32,000 bases of DNA, from assembly GCF_051195015.1 (NCBI RefSeq), contig NZ_JBNTJU010000006.1, positions 98,720 to 130,719 on the forward strand, read 5' to 3'. The translations under genes were made by a program, and so were the position numbers. The stretch comes from Halococcus sp. AFM35. Lineage in GTDB: Archaea > Halobacteriota > Halobacteria > Halobacteriales > Halococcaceae. Under the pieces are notes generated by a model. That model saw nothing but the letters and a program-made list of their open reading frames with translations, was not told where the DNA came from and ran no database searches. Of the stretch, positions 17,362 to 25,996 are shown piece after piece. Within the stretch, counting starts at the first letter, position 1, and the number at the start of each line of letters is the position of its first letter.

Positions 17362-19725
17362 TCAGTCGGGCCGCGCGTGACCGTCCCAGAACCCACTCAA
17401 CTGGGAATCGAGAAACATCGGCGTCATCGTGCGCCACTCGTCGCGTTCGGCGGGCGGAAGGTACTCGTACACCGACCGGGGTGCGTCGGGCGTGTAGCGC
17501 TCGTCGATGAGGGCGCGCACTCCGACCTCTTCGGGACCCCTGATGACCCGTCCGATGGCCTGTCGCGCGCGGCGCACGGCGGGCACCGTGAGCGCGTACT
17601 CGAAGGCGCGCTCCTCGCCGAAGGCCGCACCGTAGGCCCGCCGCACCGCTCGAATCCGCGGTGAGGCGACGTTCACGAGTGGGACGCCGACGACCGCACA
17701 CGCGCTGAGTTTTTCGCCGTCGTAATCGACGCCCTCGGTGAGCGTCCCGCGTGTGGAGGTGACGAGGACCTTCCCGTTGCCGGCGAAAAACTCCCGTTTG
17801 AGTTTCTCCGTCTGTTCGTCGCTCGATGGCTCGTCGCGGAGGACGGGTTTCGCCACCGCATCGGCGAGCCGGTCGTGCGCCCACGCGGCCTCGCGGTAGC
17901 TCGGCATACAGACCAGTACGTTGCCCGGGCTGCGGACGAGTTCCCGGAGCGCGTAGGCGTAGGTCTCGCGGACCTCGCTCTCGCCGTCGGGCGGTCCGCG
18001 ATTGCGTGCGGTGAAGGCTGGTGCGTCGACGATCCAACTCGCACGGTTGTCTTCGGGATAGGTGAGGTCATAGGTCCGTGTGGCGATGGGTCGCTCCTCT
18101 TCGCCTTCGTCGCCGTTCTCGACGAGGCGGTCGAGACCCACACACTCTCGGAGAACGTCCATCGGTTCGAGCGTGGCGCTCATCAACACGCCCCCGCCGA
18201 GGTCGCCGAATCGCTCGCGGAGGTCTTCGGCCGGAAGACAGTCGTAGCAGACCAGTCCTGCGGTGTATTCGCTCTCCCAGCCATCGACGTGCTCGCGGTC
18301 GGTCCGCGAGAGGGTGATTTCCCGGAAGTAGCTCGCGTGGTCGCGCGTCCACCATCGGGTCACGAGTCGGCCGACGTCGCCACAGACTGTCGAGCGTTCG
18401 GGGCTGAGCGTGTCGAGGGCGTCCGCGACGGCCGCACCCACAGTATGGAGGGATTTACAGAACGCGGGCGAATACTGCTCGTTCGCCCATTCTGAGAATT
18501 CGTCACTTTCGTCGGTTTCGGGGTCTCGAAGCGGGATTTCGATGTCGTCGGGCAGTCGCCCCTGTTCGGCTGCACGGTCGAGGTCGCCGTATTCATCCCC
18601 GAGATACCGCTCGACGCGGCGGTCGAGCCAGTCGATGGTGTCGTCGAAGAACGCGCTCGCTCGTTGGAGGTCCTCAGTCGAAACCTCGTAGGTGGCGAGC
18701 TGTGTGGCGACCTCCTCGCGGTGGTCGCGCGATTGGCCCGCGAGCGTGCGGAGATGGGAAATATCGTTTCGCGCGCGCCGGAGCGACTGGATGCCCATGC
18801 GGTCGCTCAGGAGGTCCCGGACGCGCCCTTCGAGTCTGTGGGCCTCGTCGACGATGACGAACGTGCGCTCGTCCACCACGCCGTCGGTGAGCGCGCGCGT
18901 TCGGGGGTCGAACAGATGGTTGTAGTTGCCCACCACCACGTCGGCATCGTCGAGCAGCGTCCCCATCGCGCGGTGTGGGCAGGTTCCCGCCGGAACGGCA
19001 CCGGCGAGCAGTTCGTCGGTGGTGACGACGTGGTGTTCGTCGTCGGCGAAGTCAACAGGTGAAGATTTCTCGCGGGCGTACCAGTCGGCCTCGAACGGAC
19101 AGTAGGGCTGGTCACCCTCGTTGAGCGAGTCCGGGGCAGTCGGCCGTGCAGTGGGGTAGGGTGCCGTCTGGTCGGCCGTTGCGAGGTTGTCGTCGAGCGT
19201 GCGCCACGAGTCGGCATCGGTGCGAGCCTCGGCGACGAGTTCGCCCGCACGGGCGCTGTCCCACCAGACGTCACCACCGCCGTCGTGGGCGACCAGTCCG
19301 GCGGTGTTCTCCCGGAGGTCCTCGCAGGCGTCCTGTGTGCCCCGGTCGAACGCGCCGGCGCGCTCGTAGGGACAGAGGTCGGGTTTACCGACGAGAGCGA
19401 GTCCGGCAAACGGGTCCTCACGGTCGGCGTTGATGGTCCGCAGGTCCTCGATGAACTGCCGGCGCTGCTGTTTGACCGGCGTCACGACGAGGACGTTGTC
19501 GTAGCGGTCGCTCTCCCGCAGCAGCGTCCCGGCGGCGGTGAGCGCGGCCATCGTCTTGCCCGTGCCACAGGCTCCCTCCATGACGAGATAGCCGCCCTCG
19601 GCCCCCGTCTCGATGGCCGTCTCGATGGCGTCGGCTTGGCTGTCGTAAGGCTGCTCGTAGCCGAACAGCGTGCGCCAACTCGACTCCCCCCCGTGGGTGG
19701 CTGCGGCGGATTCCTTACCGCTCAT
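17362..19725 (-). CDS. XPD/Rad3-type (DinG family) ATP-dependent DNA helicase with a 4Fe-4S domain
   Basis: Walker A is GACGTGKT and the DEAH box is VIVDEAHRLE. Four Cys lie between them (DLCPYE, DACEDL, PYCPFE, GTCPHR), as in the XPD FeS domain. C-terminal helicase motifs are present (VLMSATL, GRVIR). The protein is 787 aa. Confidence 0.88.
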   Translation of the reverse strand: MSGKESAAATHGGESSWRTLFGYEQPYDSQADAIETAIETGAEGGYLVMEGACGTGKTMAALTAAGTLLRESDRYDNVLVVTPVKQQRRQFIEDLRTINADREDPFAGLALVGKPDLCPYERAGAFDRGTQDACEDLRENTAGLVAHDGGGDVWWDSARAGELVAEARTDADSWRTLDDNLATADQTAPYPTARPTAPDSLNEGDQPYCPFEADWYAREKSSPVDFADDEHHVVTTDELLAGAVPAGTCPHRAMGTLLDDADVVVGNYNHLFDPRTRALTDGVVDERTFVIVDEAHRLEGRVRDLLSDRMGIQSLRRARNDISHLRTLAGQSRDHREEVATQLATYEVSTEDLQRASAFFDDTIDWLDRRVERYLGDEYGDLDRAAEQGRLPDDIEIPLRDPETDESDEFSEWANEQYSPAFCKSLHTVGAAVADALDTLSPERSTVCGDVGRLVTRWWTRDHASYFREITLSRTDREHVDGWESEYTAGLVCYDCLPAEDLRERFGDLGGGVLMSATLEPMDVLRECVGLDRLVENGDEGEEERPIATRTYDLTYPEDNRASWIVDAPAFTARNRGPPDGESEVRETYAYALRELVRSPGNVLVCMPSYREAAWAHDRLADAVAKPVLRDEPSSDEQTEKLKREFFAGNGKVLVTSTRGTLTEGVDYDGEKLSACAVVGVPLVNVASPRIRAVRRAYGAAFGEERAFEYALTVPAVRRARQAIGRVIRGPEEVGVRALIDERYTPDAPRSVYEYLPPAERDEWRTMTPMFLDSQLSGFWDGHARPD

Positions 19726-19739
19726 CGGTCATGGTCGGA

Positions 19740-20102
19740 GTTGTGCGCCATTCGTTATAGGACTTCGCTCGCGGTAGCGTGGCGGCAGCGGTGCGGCTGC
19801 GGCGGCGATGCGGCCGCCGTGCGGGTGCGGTTCCTCGGTGGATGAAGGGCGAGACTGCTTCGCGCGGCTCGCGGGTCGTACCTCCCCGCTCGCCCGTTTC
19901 GAGGCGCTTTGCGCCTCGCTGCCGAGGGCTTCGGTGGTGCTGTGCGGTAGTTCGGAAGGTGTCCGCGCGAACGGAGTGAGCGCGGTTCGCCGCGAGTGAG
20001 CCGCAGGCGAGTGAGCGGAAGTTTTTGGTCCAGATTTTTCAAGGAGTGGTGGGCGAGCGAGTGAAACGAGCGAGCGCACCCGACGAGTAAAAAGGTGGGT
20101 TC
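19740..20102 (-). repeat. Long copy C of the intergenic repeat, inverted relative to copy A
   Basis: Its reverse complement carries the same 15-mer (20086-20100) directly after the GT2 stop and the same 20-mer (20020-20039). It also has the GAGGCGC-TTT-GCGCCTC hairpin (19901-19917) and a tract containing GCGGCTGCGG (19793-19802). It ends about 15 nt before the helicase start codon. Confidence 0.8.
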
Positions 20103-21905
20103 CTAGTCGTCGGTCGGCGTCGCCTCCACATCCCTCCCTTCCTCGACGGCGGTGGTGAGCGAGACGTTGAGCACGACCATCGAGGCGAGACCGCCGACGA
20201 CGGTGACGATGTTCTTCACCGCGTGGTCGACGATGGCCGCGCCGAGGGCGACGGGCGTGGCGACCGACGTCAGGCCGACGACGAGCAGGCTGAACGCGCC
20301 TTCGTAGAGACCGAGACCGCCCGGCGAGAGCGGGAGCACCTTGGCGAGGTTGCCGACGCTCACGGCGAAAAAGCCGACGGCGACGAGCGTCGTGAGCGGG
20401 AGCGCCACGTCGAAAGCGGCGAAGACGAGGAGTGCGGTGATGACGTCGAGCGTCCAGATGGCGACGCTGCTCGCGCCGATGCGGGCGAACGCGCCGCGGT
20501 CGCCCGCAACGGTTTGGACGTCGCCGACGAAGCGCTCGATGACGCCCGCGACGCGGTCGGCGTAGGCGTCGGAACTCACTTTTCGGACCCCGTGACGGAC
20601 GAGATTGCGTTCGGAGCGCGCGCTGGCGACGATGGCTCCGACGAGCACGATGGCAGCCAATCCGACCGTGCTGGCGACCAGCAGGGCGACGCGACCGCTC
20701 CGATTGCCCTCGGTGACGGCTGCACCCAGTCCCGCGAGGCTCGTGATGCCGGTCGCCGCAAGTCCGACGAGGACGACGCCAGCGAGCAGCGTGATGGTGA
20801 GCAGGTCGAAGACCCGCTCGACGGCCAGCGAGGCGAATCCAGTGGGATAGGGCACACGCCGGCGCGTCTTGACGACGTAGGCTCGGACGGCGTCGCCCGC
20901 CCGCGCTGGGAAGACCAGATTCCCCGTCTGGGAGATGAACACCGCGCCCGTGAGGAAGCCCAGTCCTTCGGTGTATCCCAACTCGTCGAGGATGTCCCGA
21001 TAGCGCGCGCCGCGAATCGGCCACGAGAGCACGTAGACGAGCGCCGCCGCGAGGACGAGCGCGGGATTGGCGGTTTGGATCTCGGCGAGCATCCGCGAGA
21101 CATCGATGTACTGTGGCATCAGCGCGATGGCGAACAGCGTGAGTAGCGTGCCGGCCGCGAGCGTGACACGCCGGGTGATTCGCGGCGCGACGGCGAGTTG
21201 CCACCACGTGCGCAACACGCCGCTGCCCATGCCGAGCACGTCACGGACGAAATCCACGGTCGTGTCGCCCTTCGGCGTCCACTCGACGGGAAATTCGTGA
21301 ACGCGATAGCCCGCGCGCTGGGCGCGCACGAGGAGTTCGGTGTCCCAGAACCAGTGGTCGTCCTCGACATCGGCGAGCAGCGATTCCAGCACTGTGCGGT
21401 CGAAGGCCTTGAATCCACATTGGTGGTCGCGGACCGACGAGCGCAGGAACAGTCGGACGAGCCCGTTATAGGTGCGACTCGGCACGTCGCGGTTGGCTGG
21501 TCGGTCGGCATCGCTCGCCGCGAGCAGGCGCGAGCCGGTGGCGATGTCGCACTCGCCCGAATGCACACTCGTGACGAGTTCTTCGAGGTGGCGCATGTCC
21601 GTCGCGAGGTCGGTGTCGAAATACGCGAACGTCTCGCCGCGGGCCGCTCGAAAGGCACGTTCGAGCGCGCCGCCGCGGCCCAGTCGCTCGTCGCTGTGGA
21701 CATGTCGCACGCGCTCGTCTTCGCGGGCGAGGCGGGCGGCGATATCGGGCGTGTCGTCGGTGCAGCCGTCCTCGGCGACCAGGACCTCAAAGGTTCCCTC
21801 AGGAAGGAACGATTCGAGGGTGTCGAGCGTGGTTTCGACGGTCGCGGCCAGCGTCGCCTCCTCATCGTAGGCAGGCAGGACGACACTCACCTCGACCGTA
21901 CTCAT
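20103..21905 (-). CDS. Family 2 glycosyltransferase fused to a flippase-like (LPG-synthase TM / UPF0104) membrane domain
   Basis: The N-terminal GT-A fold has VVLPAYDEE, AEDGCTDDT and DTDL (a DxD motif). About 8 TM helices follow. The start is taken at ATG 21905 (MSTVEVSVV) rather than the TTG at 21932. Confidence 0.8.
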   Translation of the reverse strand: MSTVEVSVVLPAYDEEATLAATVETTLDTLESFLPEGTFEVLVAEDGCTDDTPDIAARLAREDERVRHVHSDERLGRGGALERAFRAARGETFAYFDTDLATDMRHLEELVTSVHSGECDIATGSRLLAASDADRPANRDVPSRTYNGLVRLFLRSSVRDHQCGFKAFDRTVLESLLADVEDDHWFWDTELLVRAQRAGYRVHEFPVEWTPKGDTTVDFVRDVLGMGSGVLRTWWQLAVAPRITRRVTLAAGTLLTLFAIALMPQYIDVSRMLAEIQTANPALVLAAALVYVLSWPIRGARYRDILDELGYTEGLGFLTGAVFISQTGNLVFPARAGDAVRAYVVKTRRRVPYPTGFASLAVERVFDLLTITLLAGVVLVGLAATGITSLAGLGAAVTEGNRSGRVALLVASTVGLAAIVLVGAIVASARSERNLVRHGVRKVSSDAYADRVAGVIERFVGDVQTVAGDRGAFARIGASSVAIWTLDVITALLVFAAFDVALPLTTLVAVGFFAVSVGNLAKVLPLSPGGLGLYEGAFSLLVVGLTSVATPVALGAAIVDHAVKNIVTVVGGLASMVVLNVSLTTAVEEGRDVEATPTDD

Positions 21906-21956
21906 TGGTTCGAGTGAATCAGCCACCGACAAAGCCCTTCTGGCTTCAGCACGGAA

Positions 21957-23645
21957 TCAGTCCGCGCTCTCGGGTGCTCGGGCCGTCGCAAAGCCCGGTA
22001 GCTCGACGCCGAGTGCGTCGCTGGCCTCGGCAGTCGAGTCGTAGGGCCGATTCACCACGAGTGTGCCAGCGCGCTGGCTGCCGAGACCGGGCAGCGCCGC
22101 GAGTTCGTCCATCGAGGCACGATTGAGGTCGAGCGGCGCGGGCACGCCCGAAACCGACCGATAGCCGTGGTCGGTCACGGCCACGTCGACCGTTCTCCCG
22201 AGGTCATGTTCGCCCGGAATCGCCACCAGCAGGGGATAGGTCCCGAGCTGTCGGCCGAAGGTCTTGCCGTCCTGGTGGTATTCGAGATGCACGTCCGGCA
22301 GCAGGGTGCCGGCGGGGGCGACCCGTTGCAGCATCGGGTTGTCGATCTCCTCGCGGACTTCCGTTTTGTACTGCTTGAACTGCTTCTTGTGGTCGTCGGC
22401 GATTTGGGTGCCGGTCTCGCTCATCTCGGTCCCATCGAAGGCCATCACCTGCCGGATGTTGACGCGGCGGAGCGACAGACCGGCGTCGTAGACCCGGTGG
22501 AGGAACTGCTTGTTCAACTCGAAGGTCTTCTCGCGCTCGCCCTGCAATCCGTGCAGGAGGTTGATGCCGGGCAGCAGTTTCGGCAAGCGATTGTCGTCCG
22601 GTCGCCAGCCCGCCTCCTCGTTGACGATTTCGATGGCGCGAAAGCACTCGTCGGCGGTCACATTGAGTTCGTTCTGTTCCTGCACGACCGGGTCGGCGCT
22701 TTCGAGACCGAAGGCGGCCGTGTCGCCGGGCGTGTTGTGTTCGGCGATGATACTAAGCCCCTCTCTGGACTGTTCGGGCCAGCGCACGATGGTGACGGGG
22801 TTGATGTTGTCGAGATGCAGCGTTTCGAGGCCCGGCACAACGTCGCGGATTCCCGCATAGAGTTCCCGCAGCGCGTCGGGGTTCGGGGCCTCGCCATCAC
22901 CGCCGTAGGCGAGCAGGTCGGCCTGCCGTCCGAGCCGGAAGTGTTTCACGCCCCGGTCGGCAAGCGCATCGACCTCTCCGACAACGGAGTCGGGCGGACG
23001 GAAGGCCGGGTTGCCATACAGGGGTTCGGTACAGAACGAACACCGGTAGGCACAGCCCCGCGAGGTTTCGAGTTCGCAGATGAGGTACTCGGGATGGTTC
23101 GGGTGCTGTTCGACGACGAACGCGCCCTCTCGTGCCCACCGCGTGACCTCATCGACGTCACGCATCCGGTTGCCGAACTCCTCCAAGCCATTCGTGACGA
23201 GGTCGTGGGCGGCAGCCTCGACGTCGCCTTTGGCGACGAACTCGAAATCCAAGTCTTTCCGCTCGGTTTCCTGTCCGCCAGCGTTCTCCTCGCCGACGCC
23301 GAATCGGACTGGGCCGCCCATCAGGCTCGTTCCTTCGGCGACCCATGCGAGTTCGCGGACCTCGTCGGGTTCGGCGGGCGTCCCACCCACATACTTGCCC
23401 GGAACGGTCATTCCTCCCAGATATATCATCAGGTCGGCGTCGGCCACGTCGCGCCAGTTTTCCCGCTCGTCGCGCAGTTCGTCGATGGTGTGGTAGGTGA
23501 TGCGCTCTTCGGAAACGCCCGCATCGACGAGCGCGCCGGCGGTGAATCTGGGATACGTCGAGATGTACGGCGGCACACCGAAGTGGGCGGGTTCGTCGAC
23601 GTATCCATCGATGAGGGTGACGTCGAGCGTGGCTGGGTCGGTCAT
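21957..23645 (-). CDS. Radical SAM protein with a C-terminal helix-hairpin-helix motif
   Basis: The CxxxCxxC motif is SRGCAYRCSFCTEP. The C-terminus is MDELAALPGLGSQRAGTLV (HhH). This is track ORF 21957..23792, trimmed to ATG 23645 (MTDPATLDVTLIDGYVDEP). The function is unknown. Confidence 0.8.
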   Translation of the reverse strand: MTDPATLDVTLIDGYVDEPAHFGVPPYISTYPRFTAGALVDAGVSEERITYHTIDELRDERENWRDVADADLMIYLGGMTVPGKYVGGTPAEPDEVRELAWVAEGTSLMGGPVRFGVGEENAGGQETERKDLDFEFVAKGDVEAAAHDLVTNGLEEFGNRMRDVDEVTRWAREGAFVVEQHPNHPEYLICELETSRGCAYRCSFCTEPLYGNPAFRPPDSVVGEVDALADRGVKHFRLGRQADLLAYGGDGEAPNPDALRELYAGIRDVVPGLETLHLDNINPVTIVRWPEQSREGLSIIAEHNTPGDTAAFGLESADPVVQEQNELNVTADECFRAIEIVNEEAGWRPDDNRLPKLLPGINLLHGLQGEREKTFELNKQFLHRVYDAGLSLRRVNIRQVMAFDGTEMSETGTQIADDHKKQFKQYKTEVREEIDNPMLQRVAPAGTLLPDVHLEYHQDGKTFGRQLGTYPLLVAIPGEHDLGRTVDVAVTDHGYRSVSGVPAPLDLNRASMDELAALPGLGSQRAGTLVVNRPYDSTAEASDALGVELPGFATARAPESAD

Positions 23646-23726
23646 GGAGGGACAAGAGCGTCGCGACCTAAAACTCCCACTCTCACGACCCGTGGGGTTG
23701 ATAGGCCGCGCGGGACTACGGGAGGT

Positions 23727-23885
23727 ATGCCCGCAACGCTCGAAGTGGTCTGTGAAAACGACGACTGCGAACTCGACATGTTCGAAATGCACTACACCTA
23801 CGACATGCCCGACGACGTGGGTGTTAGCGACTTCCAGTGTCCGTACTGCACCGCAACCGACACACTCCGGGAGGTCGAACTGTGA
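23727..23885 (+). CDS. Small zinc-finger protein (52 aa, CxxxxC ... CPxC)
   Basis: These are the last 52 codons of the otherwise antisense track ORF 22167..23885. The translation is MPATLEVVCENDDCELDMFEMHYTYDMPDDVGVSDFQCPYCTATDTLREVEL. It is acidic, has high GC3, and has two Cys pairs like the haloarchaeal small CPxCG-type zinc fingers. Confidence 0.6.
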   Translation: MPATLEVVCENDDCELDMFEMHYTYDMPDDVGVSDFQCPYCTATDTLREVEL

Positions 23886-24349
23886 CCAGCGTCGGTGAGT
23901 CGCTGCGCAACACTGTGCTCGACGGCGTCGGTCGCTTCGCGGGCCGCGCCCAGGAGCGCCGCCCGCTGCCGACGGACCTCCTCGAAAGCGACGACGCCTA
24001 TCTCGTCGTCTTCGACGCGCCCGACGCGAGTGCCGCCGACGTACAGGTCCGGTTCTCCGACGGTTCGGTCCACGTCCGCATCGACCGCAGCCGCGAACAC
24101 CGCGAGGGCTTCGAGATGCGCTTTCCTGGGCGCGGCCTCTCGCTCGATGGAAGCGTGCGACTTCCCGCCGAGGCGACAGTGGACCCCGACGCAGCCACCG
24201 CGACGCTCACCGCCGAGGGGACGCTCGAAGTCGAACTGCCGAAAGTCGAGGGAACTGAGGACGGACCGATACGGATTTCGGCCGACGAAGGGAGCGAAAC
24301 AGACGTCATCGACGAGCGGAGCGACGAGGACGCCAGCGGTTCGAAGTGA
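23882..24349 (+). CDS. Hsp20/alpha-crystallin family small heat-shock protein
   Basis: This is track ORF 23837..24349. The alpha-crystallin core is DLLESDDAYLVVFDAPDASAADVQVRF...ATLTAEGTLEVELPK. The start is taken at GTG 23882, which overlaps the zinc-finger stop (GTGA); the start is uncertain. Confidence 0.78.
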   Translation: MTSVGESLRNTVLDGVGRFAGRAQERRPLPTDLLESDDAYLVVFDAPDASAADVQVRFSDGSVHVRIDRSREHREGFEMRFPGRGLSLDGSVRLPAEATVDPDAATATLTAEGTLEVELPKVEGTEDGPIRISADEGSETDVIDERSDEDASGSK

Positions 24350-24579
24350 GACACTCGCGCGACCAGTCTTCGATCACGAACATCCGAAGTCGAGTCGACC
24401 CGGTATACCACGGTCGCCGTGTATCCGACCGCAGTCGAACCGTTCGAGCTTCTATACTGTCGGACAGATCCGTCTCGGAAACGCAGCTCGAATATCCAGT
24501 TGCTGTCCGGCGTCTTCGGCCGGTCGATATTCACCCACTTCTGTACAATAGTATATATAATCTATGCCAAAGGAAACCG

Positions 24580-25902
24580 CTATTGCCCTTCGGTCTCGTA
24601 CGAAAGCGCGACAACGCGACCGTCGCCGTAGATCGTATATAGCTCCGCTGCCCGGTCGTCGTCCGTGTTCGCAATCGTCGGATGGACGTATACCGGCACG
24701 TTTCGCTCGTAGGTGGCGCGCACGTTCCCTGTGCCAGGGTCAACCACCGAGACGATGCCGTTGTTCGTTACCGCCACCACCTCGGGGTCGCCATCACCGT
24801 CGATATCGCCCATGCTCGGTGGTGGCGTCATCGGCACGTCCTCGGTGGTGAGTTGAGTCGTCCACTCGACGGTACCATCGCTCGCGTTGATACTCCTGAG
24901 TTTGCCGTCCTTGGCGGTCGCATAGACCTCGGCAGCTCCGTCTTCATCACCGTCACCAAATGCATGTACCGCCGCCAATTCACCGAGGTCCTTTCGCCAC
25001 TGCACCGCCCCGCGTTCGCCGTCGAGCGCGACCACCCGTCCGCCGAACGTCGCAGCGACGATCTCGACCGCTTCGTCGCCATCGGCCTGCCCGGTCGTCA
25101 TCCACGTGATCGACGTCTCGAACGGTGTCGTTCGGTTCCATCTGACCGTTCCGTTCTCGTCCAACAGGACGACTTTCTGGCCGGTCCCGACGGCTATCTC
25201 ATTGTCGTTGTCGCCAGTGAAATCGGCGACCGCGGGTTGGGCTTCGGTCTGCGAGTCGAGTTTCCGGGTCCAGACCGCGGTTCCATTGGGTCGAAGCACG
25301 AAGGCCGTCCCGCGGAAGTCGACGACGACGATTTCGTCGGTAGCGTTGCCGGTCACGTCCGCGACGAGGGGTTGGGTGTAGCCGTAGTCGGTGAGGTTGT
25401 ACGTGAACTCCTGTCTCCCGGTTTTGGGGTCAAGAGCGGTGACGATGTCTTCGGTCGTAGTGGCGACGACCTCTTTCGTCCCGTCATTGTCGAAATCGGC
25501 GAGCGTCGGGTCGGCGACCGAGTGAATCGTACAGTTCGCCGGCGGGACCGTATACCGCCACTGTGGCGTGGCGCTGTCGGCGGTCATCGCCACGAGCCGG
25601 CAGCTACTGGTGTCTCCACCCCCGCTGACCGGCGCGAACACCATCCCTTTGCCGTCGACCTTTCCGGCTGCGGGCGCATGATGGTTCCCGAGGATATCAG
25701 TGGACGTGTTGCTCACCCATCGTTCGTCAAGCGTGCCGCTGGAACTGCTGAGGCTGCTGTACCCGACGACCGCGGTTCCAGCGAGCACTGAAATGAGGAG
25801 CACCACCGCCACGACGGTCCGCGCCTGCATGCGCTCGCGTATCGCCCGGTTGCGAATAAGGTCTCGTGTTGAACCGACCGATTCGAGAACCGTACTACTC
25901 AC
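24580..25902 (-). CDS. Membrane-anchored FG-GAP/VCBS-type beta-propeller protein (paralog 1)
   Basis: The N-terminal TM is TVVAVVLLISVLAGTAVVG. There are repeated Ca-binding-like blade motifs: ADFDNDGTKEVV, ADVTGNATDEIVV, ADFTGDNDNEIAV, GDGDEDGAAEVYA, GDIDGDGDPEVVA and NTDDDRAAELY. It has many N-x-S/T sequons. The start is either GTG 25902 or ATG 25830. Confidence 0.75.
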   Translation of the reverse strand: MSSTVLESVGSTRDLIRNRAIRERMQARTVVAVVLLISVLAGTAVVGYSSLSSSSGTLDERWVSNTSTDILGNHHAPAAGKVDGKGMVFAPVSGGGDTSSCRLVAMTADSATPQWRYTVPPANCTIHSVADPTLADFDNDGTKEVVATTTEDIVTALDPKTGRQEFTYNLTDYGYTQPLVADVTGNATDEIVVVDFRGTAFVLRPNGTAVWTRKLDSQTEAQPAVADFTGDNDNEIAVGTGQKVVLLDENGTVRWNRTTPFETSITWMTTGQADGDEAVEIVAATFGGRVVALDGERGAVQWRKDLGELAAVHAFGDGDEDGAAEVYATAKDGKLRSINASDGTVEWTTQLTTEDVPMTPPPSMGDIDGDGDPEVVAVTNNGIVSVVDPGTGNVRATYERNVPVYVHPTIANTDDDRAAELYTIYGDGRVVALSYETEGQ

Positions 25903-25996
25903 TGGCTGGTTCGGTCGTTGCTATGATTGGTCGATATTGTGAGCTGTGGACGGTGGGCTGGTCGGGGTATTTCGGTTCTACAAGTGCTGTATTCGG

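Noticed and set aside
17090-18037. 315-aa Arg-rich minus-strand ORF, and similar ORFs at 17673..18143 and 18807..19421
   Set aside because: They are off-frame reads of the XPD helicase gene. The helicase frame carries Walker A, DEAH and FeS-Cys motifs.
19729-21207. 492-aa Arg-rich ORF on the minus strand
   Set aside because: It is an off-frame read of the GT2/flippase gene and of the repeat region. The extreme Arg/Pro/His content is characteristic of a wrong frame in GC-rich DNA.
22167-23726. The first ~520 codons of the 572-aa plus-strand ORF 22167..23885
   Set aside because: This part is antisense to the radical SAM gene, which carries the CxxxCxxC motif. Only the last 52 codons (23727-23885), which lie outside the radical SAM gene, look like a real small gene.
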